Assembly (NCBI GenBank): GCA_025924375.1
Contig: JAICIN010000001.1
Coordinates: forward strand, 5,895-69,894
From: Dermatophilaceae bacterium
Lineage (GTDB): Bacteria; Actinomycetota; Actinomycetes; Actinomycetales; Dermatophilaceae
Direction: 5' to 3'
Length of the DNA: 64,000 bases
Shown: piece by piece, positions 46,740-55,091 of the stretch
Layout of the letters: the number at the start of each line of letters is the position of its first letter
How positions within the stretch are numbered: position 1 is the stretch's first letter
Notes under the pieces: model-generated
Seen by the model: only the letters and a program-made list of their open reading frames with translations
Told to the model about the DNA's origin: nothing
Databases searched by the model: none
Position numbers and translations under genes: made by a program

Positions 46740-47431
46740 GAGTGCTGACCATTGCCGCCCACCCTGACGACGAGACACTCGGTGCCGGCGGGACGATATC
46801 CCGGCTCACCCGTGGCGGTCACGAGGTGTGGGTGTGCATCCTCACCGACGGGGCGAGCGCGCGGCACGACCACCTCGACCAGCAGAAGGACTGCGCGTTG
46901 CGGGCGGGCGAGGTGCTCGGCGCGTCGCAGGTGACCTTCGCCGGCTTCGAGGACCAGCGTCTCGACGCGCTGCCCCTGATCGATGTCATCACGCCCATCG
47001 ACAAGTGCGTTGCCGAGCTCCAACCACAGCTCGTCCTGACGCACTTCGGCCAGGACGTGAACCAGGACCACCGGGTCGCCTTCGCCGCCACGATGGTGGC
47101 GACCAGGCCCGTGGGGTCGACATCCGTCGAGCGCGTCATGTGCTACGAGACGCCGTCGTCCACGGAGTGGGCAGCGCCGTTCTCCGGCAACGTCTTCAGC
47201 CCGAATGTCTACGTCGACATCGGCAGCACGTTGAGCGTCAAGCTCGAGGCGATGCGGCAGTACTCGCGCACGTTCAGCGGGGAGGTGCATGCGTTCCCGC
47301 ACCCGCGCTCGTACCAGGCGTTGGAGGCGATCGCCCGCTGCCACGGGTCGGCGTCAGGGCTCCCTGCGGCCGAACGCTTCATGCTGGTGCGCTCCGTGCA
47401 CCGCGAGGGCGAACCGGAACATGCCGCCTGA
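46736..47431 (+). CDS. PIG-L/LmbE-family N-acetylglucosaminyl deacetylase
   Basis: MRVLTIAAHPDDETLGAGGT, and ...NQDH. Confidence 0.85.
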   Translation: MRVLTIAAHPDDETLGAGGTISRLTRGGHEVWVCILTDGASARHDHLDQQKDCALRAGEVLGASQVTFAGFEDQRLDALPLIDVITPIDKCVAELQPQLVLTHFGQDVNQDHRVAFAATMVATRPVGSTSVERVMCYETPSSTEWAAPFSGNVFSPNVYVDIGSTLSVKLEAMRQYSRTFSGEVHAFPHPRSYQALEAIARCHGSASGLPAAERFMLVRSVHREGEPEHAA

Positions 47432-48041
47432 CCGCGCGAGGGCGGCCCTCAAGCGCCTCTTCGACCTGGTGGTGGCCTCGACTGCGCTGGTCCTGCTCAG
47501 TCCTGTCCTGCTCGTGATCGCCGGCGTCATCCTGCTCGGATCCGGGCGGCCCGTGCTGTTCCGGCAGACGCGGGTCGGTCGTGGTGGGCGGCCGTTCCGC
47601 ATCGTGAAGTTCCGGACGATGGTCCCCGAGGCCGAGGCGCTCGGCGCCCACGTGAGCGCCAGCAGCGACGGCCGTGTGACGGGCTGCGGGCGGTTCCTGC
47701 GGCGGTGGTACCTCGACGAGCTGCCACAGCTGGTCAATGTCGTCCGGGGCGAGATGAGCCTGGTCGGCCCGCGACCCGAGACCCCCGACTACGTGGACCT
47801 CCTCGCGCCCGAAGAGCTGCGGGTGCTCGACGTCCTGCCGGGCCTGGTCGGCCCGTCCACCCTGCAGTTCATGGACGAGGCCCTCCTCCTGGCCGGTGTC
47901 GGGGACCCCGACGAGTACTACCGGTCAACCCTCGTGCACGAGCGGAACCGGGCCGACTTGTCCTACCTGGAGCTGCAGAGCTTCGGCTACGACCTGCGCC
48001 TGCTGCTTCGTCAGGCAGTCTCGATAGTGAGGAGCGCGTGA
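47421..48041 (+). CDS. Small monotopic phosphoglycosyl transferase (bacterial sugar transferase, PglC/WbaP-C-terminal type); priming enzyme
   Basis: KRLFDLVVASTALVLLSPVLLVIAGVIL...PVLFRQTRVGRGGRPFRIVKFRTM...DELPQLVNVVRGEMSLVGPRP. Confidence 0.9.
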   Translation: MPPDRARAALKRLFDLVVASTALVLLSPVLLVIAGVILLGSGRPVLFRQTRVGRGGRPFRIVKFRTMVPEAEALGAHVSASSDGRVTGCGRFLRRWYLDELPQLVNVVRGEMSLVGPRPETPDYVDLLAPEELRVLDVLPGLVGPSTLQFMDEALLLAGVGDPDEYYRSTLVHERNRADLSYLELQSFGYDLRLLLRQAVSIVRSA

Positions 48042-49123
48042 TGCACGCACTGCACCGGACCACGGTCTCTCCCCGGTCGCTGCACCTGGCATCGGACGGG
48101 CCGGGCTCGGTGGTGACGTGGCGCGACGCCGCATCCTGGGACCGGTTCGTGGCCTCGTGCGCGGGGAGCACGGTCGCACACCGGTGGGCGTGGACCGAGA
48201 TCATCCCGGACGCGTACAAGCACCGCGTCCTCCCGCTCGCTGCGGTCCGGGACGGTGCGCTGGTCGGCGTGCTGCCGCTGACGGTCGTCTCGGGGCCGGT
48301 GTTCGGTACCGCCCTGGTGTCGATGCCCTACCTGGACACCGGCGGCGTGTGCACGACGGACGACTGGGCGCGGTCGGTCCTGGTGTGCCACGCGCTCGCC
48401 GAGGCGGGTGAGCGTGGCGCTCGGCTGGAGCTGAGGCACCGCTACGTCCAGGACGTCGGACTGGCGGCGTCGTTGGGCAAGGTGACGTTGACCATCCCTC
48501 TCGGCGACGGCAAGGAGGCGGTGTGGGGACGCGTCAAGCCCAACCGGCGCAGCCAGGTCCGCAAGGCCCAACGCAACGGGCTCACCGCCACGCTGGCAGG
48601 ACGTGGTGCCATGGAGGACTTCCACCGCGTGATGTCGGTGAACATGCGAGACCTCGGGTCGCCGATGCACCGGCGACGGTACTTCGGCGCGGTCGCGCAG
48701 GCGTTCGAGGAGGACGCACGGTTCGTCATCGTCCGCTCAGGTGGGGACGTGCTGGCCGCGGGCCTGATGCTTTTCCACGCGGGCACCGCCATCCTGCCCT
48801 GGTCCTCGTGCCTGCGGGCAGCGCGGCCGACGGGTGCGAACCAGCTGCTGTACTGGTCGGTTGCCGAGGAGGCGCTGGCGCGCGGCTGCGACACGCTCGA
48901 CCTCGGTCGGTCCAGCCCGGGCTCGGGCACGTACGAGGCGAAGCGGGAGTGGGGCGCGCGGCCCTCGCAGCTGTTCTGGTACCGCAACCCCGGCAGCGAT
49001 GACCCGATGTCCTCGCACGGAGGCTCGCGCGCCATGCAGACGGCGGTCCGCGCGTGGAAGCACCTTCCCGTGCCGGTCGCCACGCCGCTGGGTGCACTGA
49101 TCCGCGGCGGGTTGCCGCAGTAG
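48041..49123 (+). CDS. FemAB-related / Acetyltransf_6 GNAT-fold protein (type found in exopolysaccharide loci)
   Basis: The ATG overlaps the upstream stop (TGATG). The sequence has RSQVRKAQRNGL...MRDLGSPMHRRRYF...ANQLLYWSVAEEALARGCDTLDLGRSSPGSGTYEAKREWGARP. Confidence 0.7.
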   Translation: MHALHRTTVSPRSLHLASDGPGSVVTWRDAASWDRFVASCAGSTVAHRWAWTEIIPDAYKHRVLPLAAVRDGALVGVLPLTVVSGPVFGTALVSMPYLDTGGVCTTDDWARSVLVCHALAEAGERGARLELRHRYVQDVGLAASLGKVTLTIPLGDGKEAVWGRVKPNRRSQVRKAQRNGLTATLAGRGAMEDFHRVMSVNMRDLGSPMHRRRYFGAVAQAFEEDARFVIVRSGGDVLAAGLMLFHAGTAILPWSSCLRAARPTGANQLLYWSVAEEALARGCDTLDLGRSSPGSGTYEAKREWGARPSQLFWYRNPGSDDPMSSHGGSRAMQTAVRAWKHLPVPVATPLGALIRGGLPQ

Positions 49124-49213
49124 CTCCCCGGCGGGCGGCACACACGGTCGCGGCAGCCGACCCTCGGCCGGCCACGAACCGGGACCGTCCCGATGCGGTA
49201 CGTTCGTTCGCTT

Positions 49214-49298
49214 GGAGGGCTCGCATAGTGGCCTAGTGCGGCGGTCTTGAAAACCGCTAGGCGGCAACGTCTCGTGGGTTCGAATCCCACGCCCTCCG
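49214..49298 (+). tRNA. tRNA-Ser (anticodon TGA), class II with long variable arm
   Basis: Acceptor GGAGGGC/GCCCTCC is perfect. Anticodon stem GCGGT/ACCGC with loop CTTGAAA. Long variable arm. T-arm GTGGGTTCGAATCCCAC. CCA is not encoded. Confidence 0.9.
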
Positions 49299-49395
49299 CT
49301 CGCCGGGCCGGGGTGGGGCTCGGACTGGATCGGGCGGTCCCACGTTCACGGGCCGGCCCCCTGGACCCGGGGTTCCGCATCCACCGCTGCGTGGG

Positions 49396-49782
49396 TCAGT
49401 GCGGGCCGGCATACGGCTGGTCGATGGAGCCGGTATGCCGGCCGGGCGCGGACGTGCCGTTCGTCGCCGAGGTCCCGCCGCCTGTCTCCGCGCCCGTCGC
49501 CGGAGGGGACGTGGATGACGTCTGCGAGGCCTTGTCCGAGGAGTGGCCCACCTTCTCCCGGGCCGCGGAGCCGGCCTGCTTGGCGGCGTCCCCGACCAGG
49601 CCCGCCACCGAGGCGCCCTGGTCCCGCACCGTCTCCTTGGCCGTGTCCACCCCGGACTGCACCGGGCCGCTCGCCCACACCCCGAGCGCGGCGCCCTTGA
49701 TCTGCTCGTAGCGCTGCCTGCCCGCTCGGGCGCCGAGCACGTAGCCCACCGCCACACCGCCCAGGAACGAGATCTTTCCCAC
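49396..49782 (-). CDS. YtxH-like small stress/membrane-associated protein
   Basis: GGAGGTGG RBS followed by GTG. The N-terminus is GKISFLGGVAVGYVLGARAGRQRYEQIK, followed by a low-complexity Ser/Thr/Gly tail ending GSIDQPYAGPH. Confidence 0.6.
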   Translation of the reverse strand: MGKISFLGGVAVGYVLGARAGRQRYEQIKGAALGVWASGPVQSGVDTAKETVRDQGASVAGLVGDAAKQAGSAAREKVGHSSDKASQTSSTSPPATGAETGGGTSATNGTSAPGRHTGSIDQPYAGPH

Positions 49783-49881
49783 CGGACCACCTCCGTTGTC
49801 GTGTCCCCCGCGCCTTACCCAGTGGCGTCCCGCTCACCCGCCGACCGGCCGCCACCCGGAGCGCCAGGGCTCCCCGGGGTC

Positions 49882-50412
49882 TCACCTGTCGTCGGCGTCC
49901 ATGTCCTGCTCGTGGCCGATGGCGACCGGGAGCACGAGCCACGCGCCGAGGAAGAGCGCCAGGGTGACCACTCCCGCGAGGATGCCGTAGCCCTGGCTGA
50001 AGACGATCGAGAAGACCAGCATGACCACTCCCACGACCCCCAGGGCCAGGGCGGACAGGCCCGCCTTGGCTATCCGGTTGCCGATCGCGACGAGGCTCGC
50101 CTTGCGGCGCCGCCGGAACAGGACGCGGTGCATGCTCACCGGCGTGATGATGAGGCAGGTGGCGACGATGCAGAGGCTGATCGTCGCCGCGTAGAGCGCC
50201 CGCTGGTAGGTCGTGAGCGAGTGGAAGGCCTGCTGCAGCGGGAGGGTCAGCAGGAACCCGGTGAGGATCTGCACCCCTGTCTGGGACACGCGCAGCTCCT
50301 GCAGGACCTCCACCCAGTTGCGGTCGAGCCGCTCCGCCTCGCTCTCGCCCTCGCGGCTGTAGGCGTCCACGTCCCTCCTCGGCCCGGCTGCTGCGACCAC
50401 CGTAGGCGGCAT
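49882..50412 (-). CDS. DUF6328-like integral membrane protein
   Basis: SEAERLDRNWVEVLQELRVSQTGVQILTGFLLTLPLQQAF..., with 3-4 TM helices. Confidence 0.65.
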   Translation of the reverse strand: MPPTVVAAAGPRRDVDAYSREGESEAERLDRNWVEVLQELRVSQTGVQILTGFLLTLPLQQAFHSLTTYQRALYAATISLCIVATCLIITPVSMHRVLFRRRRKASLVAIGNRIAKAGLSALALGVVGVVMLVFSIVFSQGYGILAGVVTLALFLGAWLVLPVAIGHEQDMDADDR

Positions 50413-50463
50413 CCGGCGCGCGGTGCTTGACGGCGCGCAATAGTCAGCGAATACTTACGGTTC

Positions 50464-50820
50464 GTGACCACTTACGGAACGCCGGACGCCTGGGCAGCGC
50501 TGGGGGACCCCACCCGGCACGCGATCGTGACGGCGCTGGCGGAGCGTCCGCGCGCCGTCACGGAGCTGGCGGCAGCGCTCCCGGTCAGCCGACCGGCCGT
50601 GTCGCAGGCGCTGAAGGTGCTCAAGGACGCCGGCCTGGTCACCGAGCGTGCTGCGGGCACCCGCCGCATCTACCGGCTCAACCCGACCGCGGTCGCGGCG
50701 CTGCGCGACCAGCTCGACACCTTCTGGAACCGGGCGCTGACGGGCTACGCGGAGACCGTCGAGCCTGCCGTCGAGCCCACCGTCGCGCCCACCGTGCAGC
50801 CCACCGACGAGACCACCTGA
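50464..50820 (+). CDS. ArsR/SmtB-family transcriptional regulator
   Basis: LGDPTRHAIVTALAERPRAVTELAAALPVSRPAVSQALKVLKDAGLV. Confidence 0.85.
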   Translation: MTTYGTPDAWAALGDPTRHAIVTALAERPRAVTELAAALPVSRPAVSQALKVLKDAGLVTERAAGTRRIYRLNPTAVAALRDQLDTFWNRALTGYAETVEPAVEPTVAPTVQPTDETT

Positions 50821-50833
50821 CCCGGGAGCCACC

Positions 50834-51316
50834 ATGACGCAGGCAGCCAGTGCCACCGTGCGCAAGCAGATCGTCGTCGCCGCTCGCGTCGAGGAGGCGT
50901 TCTTCGTGTTCACCCAACGGCTCGGCGACTTCAAGCCGCCGGAGCACAACCTCCTGGCGGCACCGATCGCGGAAACCGTGTTCGAACCACGGGTGGGCGG
51001 TCACATCTACGACCGCGGCACCGATGGCAGCGAGTGCCACTGGGCGCGCGTGCTCGTCTACGACCCGCCGCACCGCGTGGTGTTCAGCTGGGACATAGGC
51101 CCGACCTGGCAGCTCGAGACCGACCCCGACAACGCGAGCGAGGTGGAGGTCCGGTTCGTCGAAGAGGACGCAGGTCGAACCCGGGTGCAGCTGGAGCACC
51201 GCCACATCGACCGGCACGGCCCGGGCTGGGAAGCCGTCGCGGACGGCATCGGCAACGACCGGGGCTGGCCCCTCTACCTTGCCCGCTACGCCGCCCTCTT
51301 CGACGAGGGCCGATAG
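50834..51316 (+). CDS. SRPBCC-superfamily protein (AHSA1/Aha1-like domain)
   Basis: 160 aa. It follows the ArsR gene, a common arrangement. The sequence has VFEPRVGGHIYDR...W..V..YDPPHRVVFSW. Confidence 0.75.
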   Translation: MTQAASATVRKQIVVAARVEEAFFVFTQRLGDFKPPEHNLLAAPIAETVFEPRVGGHIYDRGTDGSECHWARVLVYDPPHRVVFSWDIGPTWQLETDPDNASEVEVRFVEEDAGRTRVQLEHRHIDRHGPGWEAVADGIGNDRGWPLYLARYAALFDEGR

Positions 51317-51769
51317 GTGCCGCCCGTCACCGCGTCGGCCGAGGTCGGTCGACCCGCTGCCGACGTCTACGCCTACGTGACCGACCCTGCGCGGTTCGCC
51401 GAGTGGCAGCAGGGAGTGGTCAGCGGACGCATGGAGCCTGACGAGGCCGGGAGGCCGCACCGGTGCGTCACCGTCCGCAAGGTCGGCTTCACCACGCGGA
51501 CGACCACCGCGCAGCTGCTCATGGACGACCCGCCCAGGGCGTGGAGCGTCCAGGGCGTCGACGGTCCGGTCCGCACGCAGGTCGACGTCACCGTCACGCC
51601 GACCACCGATGTCGCATCTCGCGTCACCATCTCCGTCGAGTTCCAGGGCCGCGGCATCGGCAGGCTGCTCGTCGCACTCCTCATCCGGCGCCAGGCCCGC
51701 CGCGAGATGCCGACGAACATGGCGACCCTCAAGAGTCGTCTGGAATCCACATCGGGCCCAGCGGGCTGA
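51317..51769 (+). CDS. SRPBCC-family (polyketide cyclase/dehydrase-like) protein
   Basis: GTG immediately follows the upstream stop. The sequence has VTASAEVGRPAADVYAYVTDPARFAEWQ. Confidence 0.7.
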   Translation: MPPVTASAEVGRPAADVYAYVTDPARFAEWQQGVVSGRMEPDEAGRPHRCVTVRKVGFTTRTTTAQLLMDDPPRAWSVQGVDGPVRTQVDVTVTPTTDVASRVTISVEFQGRGIGRLLVALLIRRQARREMPTNMATLKSRLESTSGPAG

Positions 51770-51843
51770 CGCACCCGTCCAGCGACGGGCTCGGCCGTGC
51801 CCGATACGGTGTGCCCAGCCGGATCCGGACTCGGAGCGGCCTT

Positions 51844-51930
51844 GGAGGGCTGGCATGGTGGCCTGGCGCGGCGGTCGTGAGAATCGCTATGGAGGCGACG
51901 TCATCGTGGGCTCGGATCCCACAACCTCCG
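51844..51930 (+). pseudogene. Decayed copy of tRNA-Ser(TGA)
   Basis: It aligns along its full length with 49214-49298, including the shared 5' flank CTTGGAGGGC. Differences: the 3' acceptor AACCTCC breaks two pairs, the T-loop is CTCGGAT instead of TTCGAAT, and the anticodon loop is CGTGAGA (G where U33 is expected). Confidence 0.5.
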
Positions 51931-52009
51931 CAGCGTGCGATGTCGCAGAAAGCTCGCCGGTCGCGGGGTCCTAAAACGACCCGGGCGGTTCGAGGGCCCG
52001 GACGTCGCG

Positions 52010-52843
52010 TCAGTACGGGAACGGTTGTGCCGCGCTGCGCGCGGGGGCGTGCCGCGCCCCAAGGTGTGTCTCGATACTGTGGGCGGCGGCTCTCAGCGGC
52101 GCCAGGTGTGCCTGGAGCGTCCCCGTGGTGAGCCTCGTCGACGGGCCGGCGACGGTCAGGCACCCGACCGTTGCGCCGGTGTAGTCGCGGAGGGCGACGG
52201 CGACCGAGCAGAGCCCCACCTCGCCCTCCTGCCAGCACGTCGCGTAGCCCTTCTGCCGAACTTCTGCGATGTCGTGACGCAACCGGTCCGGATCGGTGAT
52301 CGTCGCTGCCGTCATGCGGCGCAGCCCCCTCCTGAGCAGGCGGTCCCAGAGCTCGGTGTCGCCGCTGCATGCCAGCAGCACCTTGCCGGAGGCCGTCGCG
52401 TGCAGCATGCCGCGGCGGCCCGTGTTGGCAACCATCCGAAGCTCGAAGGGCGCCTCACCGCGGTCGAGGTAGAGCACCTCGTCGCCGTCGAGGATCCCCA
52501 GGAGCACTGACTCGCCGAGCTGACGCGCCAGCATGTCGAGATGCGGCCGAGCGGTGCGGGACAGGTCGACGTCGCGCACGACACCGGAGCCGAGCTCGTA
52601 GAGCGCCCAGCTCAGCCGGTAGAGCGTCGACCCGGGATCGCGGATCACGAACCGGCGCCGCTCGAACGTGGCGAGGATCTGGTAGACCGCCGCCTTGCTC
52701 AGGCCGGTCTGACGAGCCAGGTGGCTGACGCCGACGGCGCCGCCCACACGAGCCATCGCCTCGAGAACGTCGATGGCGTGGTCGACCGAACGCACGCGCC
52801 GTGGCTCCCGCTCGCGCGCGGCGACGCCTGCTCCAGAGCTCAC
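52010..52843 (-). CDS. IclR-family transcriptional regulator (KdgR-like context)
   Basis: Track ORF 52010-54235 trimmed to a GTG after GAGAGG. The sequence has SVDHAIDVLEAMARVGGAVGVSHLARQTGLSKAAVYQILATF, plus an effector domain. Confidence 0.85.
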   Translation of the reverse strand: MSSGAGVAAREREPRRVRSVDHAIDVLEAMARVGGAVGVSHLARQTGLSKAAVYQILATFERRRFVIRDPGSTLYRLSWALYELGSGVVRDVDLSRTARPHLDMLARQLGESVLLGILDGDEVLYLDRGEAPFELRMVANTGRRGMLHATASGKVLLACSGDTELWDRLLRRGLRRMTAATITDPDRLRHDIAEVRQKGYATCWQEGEVGLCSVAVALRDYTGATVGCLTVAGPSTRLTTGTLQAHLAPLRAAAHSIETHLGARHAPARSAAQPFPY

Positions 52844-52885
52844 CTCTCGTCTCCCTTCCGCGTCGGAAAATACTCCTCGCAAAAA

Positions 52886-52906
52886 CCGTTTGTCAGCCGC
52901 AAACGG
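52886..52906. promoter_or_regulatory. 7-bp perfect inverted repeat CCGTTTG-N7-CAAACGG in the IclR / ABC-transporter divergent intergenic region (candidate operator)
   Basis: Read directly at 52886-52892 and 52900-52906. Confidence 0.3.
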
Positions 52907-52978
52907 CTGCCGCGCCGTGTCATTGCGGCTCATACCGTGATCGCATCGGCCCCCTGACGGGGGCTCCAGCGACCAAGG

Positions 52979-54157
52979 GTGGTGGGTGGACAGATGCGCA
53001 GAGCAGCAGGTGTCGTCGCCGTGACTGCGGCCGGACTGCTGGCGTTGGCCGGGTGCGGCGGTGGGTCGAGCGGCAACGGTGCGGCCACAGGTTCCGGCAG
53101 CGCGAGCAGCGCGGCGCCGGGTGGCGGGGCCTCGGCTTCCGGCGGCCAGGTCACCGACAAGTCGTTCAAGATCGGTCTCGACCTCCCCGAGACGACGACC
53201 GCCCGGTACGAGACCAAGGACCGTCCCTACTTCACCGCGGCCCTGAAGCAGGCCTGTCCCAAGTGCCAGCTGCTCTACGCGAACGCGAACTCGAACGCGG
53301 CGAGCCAGCAGGAGCAGGCCCAGTCGATGCTCACCCAGGGCGCCAACGTCCTCGTGATCGACCCCTTCGACGGCAAGGCGGCGGAGAGCATCGTCTCGGC
53401 CGCGAGCGCGCAGAGTGTCCCGGTGGTCGCCTACGACCGCCTCATCGGGTCCGCCACGGCCGGGCAGAGCCCGAAGCTCGGCTTCGTGGTGTCCAACGAC
53501 TACACGCAGGTCGGGAAGCTCCAGGGCGAGTACTTCGTCAACGCGCTCAAGAAGGACGGCACGTCGACGTCGTCCGGCGGCATCCTGATGATCAACGGCG
53601 CCGACACCGACAACAACGCCCACAGCATCCACAACGGCGCGATGTCGGAGATCCAGCCGGGCGGGTACAAGCTGCTCTCCTCGATCGACACCTGGGACCC
53701 CGACGAGGCGCGGTCGTGGGTGTCGCAGCAGGTCACGCGCTACGGGCACCAGATCCACGGCATCTACTCGGCGAACGACAACAACGCTGCCGCGGCAATC
53801 TCGGCGCTCAAGGCAGCCGGGTGGAGCGAAGCCCAGATCGGGAAGCTCGAGCTGACAGGGCTCGACGCCTCGGTGCAGGGCCTGCAGAACATCGTGGCGG
53901 GCCTGCAGTACATGACGACGTACAACGCCTTCAAGCTCGAGGCCACCAAGGCGGCCCAGGCCGCGGTCATGCTGGCGATGGGCAAGACGCCGCAGTCGAA
54001 CGGCACTGTTGCCGGGAACCCGGCCTTCCTGAACCCGCCGGTCGCGGTGACGAGCAAGAACATCACGTCGACCGTGATCAAGGACGGGTTCTGGAAGGTC
54101 ACGGACATCTGCACCTCCCAGTACAAGGCAGCCTGCAGCAAGGCGGGGCTGGGATAG
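52979..54157 (+). CDS. Sugar ABC transporter substrate-binding lipoprotein (periplasmic-binding-protein type I, xylose/ribose-like)
   Basis: Lipobox AAGLLALAGC, a Gly/Ser linker, then KIGLDLPE...VIDPFDG...VVAYDRLI. An ATG at 52994 is an alternative start. Confidence 0.85.
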   Translation: MVGGQMRRAAGVVAVTAAGLLALAGCGGGSSGNGAATGSGSASSAAPGGGASASGGQVTDKSFKIGLDLPETTTARYETKDRPYFTAALKQACPKCQLLYANANSNAASQQEQAQSMLTQGANVLVIDPFDGKAAESIVSAASAQSVPVVAYDRLIGSATAGQSPKLGFVVSNDYTQVGKLQGEYFVNALKKDGTSTSSGGILMINGADTDNNAHSIHNGAMSEIQPGGYKLLSSIDTWDPDEARSWVSQQVTRYGHQIHGIYSANDNNAAAAISALKAAGWSEAQIGKLELTGLDASVQGLQNIVAGLQYMTTYNAFKLEATKAAQAAVMLAMGKTPQSNGTVAGNPAFLNPPVAVTSKNITSTVIKDGFWKVTDICTSQYKAACSKAGLG

Positions 54158-54233
54158 CGGTGCCGGAACGCGGGACGCTCGCAGCACCGCGGTGCCCGTG
54201 CCGCGGCGCTGCGCGCCTCCGACCTCACGACGC

Positions 54234-55087
<854 letters not shown>

Positions 55088-55091
<4 letters not shown>

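Noticed and set aside
29456-49395. Interpreting the glycan region as an integrative element, ICE or prophage.
   Set aside because: I could recognise no integrase, recombinase, transposase, relaxase, or phage structural or replication genes on either strand. The only phage-like hint is a short domain inside the beta-helix protein.
51844-51930. Calling the second tRNA-Ser-like sequence a functional tRNA, or a classical att duplication.
   Set aside because: Two acceptor-stem mismatches, a non-canonical T-loop and loss of U33 argue against function. It is a full-length copy rather than a 3'-partial repeat, and no integrase is nearby, so it is not a typical attL/attR pair.
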